A stretch of 16,975 nt of DNA from Candidatus Fraserbacteria bacterium (GTDB lineage Bacteria > Bipolaricaulota > Bipolaricaulia > RBG-16-55-9 > JANLFV01): contig JBBIJD010000001.1 of the NCBI GenBank assembly GCA_037446135.1, forward strand, positions 1-16,975. The letters are read 5' to 3'. Of the stretch, positions 15,913 to 16,975 are shown piece after piece. Below the pieces are notes generated by a model that saw nothing but the letters and a program-made list of their open reading frames with translations, did not search any database and was not told the origin of the DNA. The translations under genes were made by a program, and so were the position numbers. Position 1 is the first letter of the stretch. Each line of letters starts with the position of its first letter.

Positions 15913-16975
15913 CCGTGAGGATCGCCACCGTCGAGATCCGGCTCCTGGAATACGAGCTGGAGGAGCCATTCTATCCTACCTGGCTCCCGGGCTACCCCCA
16001 GACCTTCAACCGGGTGAACTTGGTGATCCTCGAGACCGACGCGGGGCTCACCGGCTACTCCGCCGGGCCGGCCTTCGGGACGGAGGCAGCCCATCTGGGG
16101 GAACTCTTGACCCCCTTCCTCATCGGGCGGGACCCCTTCAATGTCGAGGAGATCGTCCGAATCCTCCGCTCGGCCACCTTCTTAGGCCAGCGGATCTGGT
16201 ATGTCGAGCCGGCCCTTTGGGACATCATCGGGAAGGCCGCCGGGCTGCCGGTCTATCGGCTCCTCGGAGGCTTCCAGGATCGCATAAAGGCTTATGCCAG
16301 CACCGGCGAGCTCCGGGGCCCGGAGGAAAGGCTGGAGTATGTCGAAGAGGTCAAGAAGCTCGGGATCGGAGCCATCAAGCTCCGGTTCCACTCATTTGAC
16401 TGGCGGGAGGACCTCGAGGTGGCCCGGGCCGTCCGGGCGAACTTCCCGGAGATGGAAATTATGGTCGATGCCAATATGGGCTGGCGGGTGGCGGGGATGG
16501 GAAAGGCCCCTCGCTGGGACCTAGCCACTGCCGTCCGCGTGGCCCGTGAGCTTGAGGAGCTCGGGGCCCTCTGGCTCGAGGAGCCTTTGGATAAGAACGA
16601 TTACCAAGGCTATCGTCTCCTCCGGCGGAAGGTGAACATACCTTTGGCCGGAGGGGAGATGAACCAAGACCTCCATGAGTTCCGCGAGCTGATCCGCCAG
16701 GGATGCCTGGACATCCTTCAGCCCGATGCCACCCTCTCCGGGGGGATCCTCATGGCCAAGAAGATCGCGGCCCTGGCCGAGGCCCACAACCTCGGGTTTG
16801 CACCCCACACCTGGACCAACGGCTTAGGGCTAGCGATCAACCTCCAGGTCATGGGCGCGGCCTCAAACTGCACTTGGGCGGAATGGCCCTTCGAGCCGCC
16901 GGGCTGGACCCCTAAGGCCCGGGACTTCTTCCTCAAGGAGCCGATCATGGTCGAGGAGGGCTACCTCCGGGTCCC
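15909..16975 (+). CDS. Mandelate racemase/muconate lactonizing enzyme family protein (enolase superfamily), truncated by the window end
   Basis: Translated by hand; absent from the ORF track. Start TTG 15909 (overlapping the SCP2 stop) or GTG 15915, open to the window end. ETDAGLTG, ALWDIIGKAAGLPVYRLLGG, KAYAS, MVDAN, WLEEP, AGGE, LQPD, APHTW. Confidence 0.93.
   Translation, partial: MTVRIATVEIRLLEYELEEPFYPTWLPGYPQTFNRVNLVILETDAGLTGYSAGPAFGTEAAHLGELLTPFLIGRDPFNVEEIVRILRSATFLGQRIWYVEPALWDIIGKAAGLPVYRLLGGFQDRIKAYASTGELRGPEERLEYVEEVKKLGIGAIKLRFHSFDWREDLEVARAVRANFPEMEIMVDANMGWRVAGMGKAPRWDLATAVRVARELEELGALWLEEPLDKNDYQGYRLLRRKVNIPLAGGEMNQDLHEFRELIRQGCLDILQPDATLSGGILMAKKIAALAEAHNLGFAPHTWTNGLGLAINLQVMGAASNCTWAEWPFEPPGWTPKARDFFLKEPIMVEEGYLRV

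Noticed and set aside
16182..16948. Several short ORFs listed at the right end of the window
   Set aside because: All are explained by the single enolase-superfamily frame that runs off the window.
1..16975. Mobile elements, tRNA/rRNA, CRISPR arrays or defence systems
   Set aside because: No transposase, integrase or nuclease motifs and no repeat-spacer arrays were seen. Intergenic gaps are short and are accounted for by promoters and a hairpin.

Overview
GC-rich bacterial chromosomal window, densely coding, with about 18 genes. No RNA genes, mobile elements or CRISPR array were seen. The left part (41-3506) holds an OsmC-family gene and an M3B oligoendopeptidase on the minus strand. These diverge from a thiol-redox operon (protein disulfide oxidoreductase, CsoR/RcnR-family regulator, glutaredoxin) that has a clear sigma70-type promoter and a CsoR-type operator. 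The rest (3528-16975) looks like a divergent catabolic cluster. Its leftward arm encodes an SCP2 lipid-binding protein, a split transketolase, a saccharopine-dehydrogenase-like oxidoreductase, a Tat-exported Liv-type binding protein and two permeases. Its rightward arm encodes a secreted PHP (CehA/McbA-like) metallohydrolase, an aldehyde dehydrogenase, an Fe-alcohol dehydrogenase, a second SCP2 protein and a mandelate-racemase-family enzyme that runs off the window and is absent from the ORF track. A secreted HEAT-like helical-repeat protein lies between the two arms. The transketolase appears to lack canonical sugar-hydroxyl and phosphate contacts. Together with the gene set, this suggests (inference only) a pathway that cleaves a lipid-borne amino-diol or ketol, such as a sphingoid base or a steroid/hopanoid side chain.
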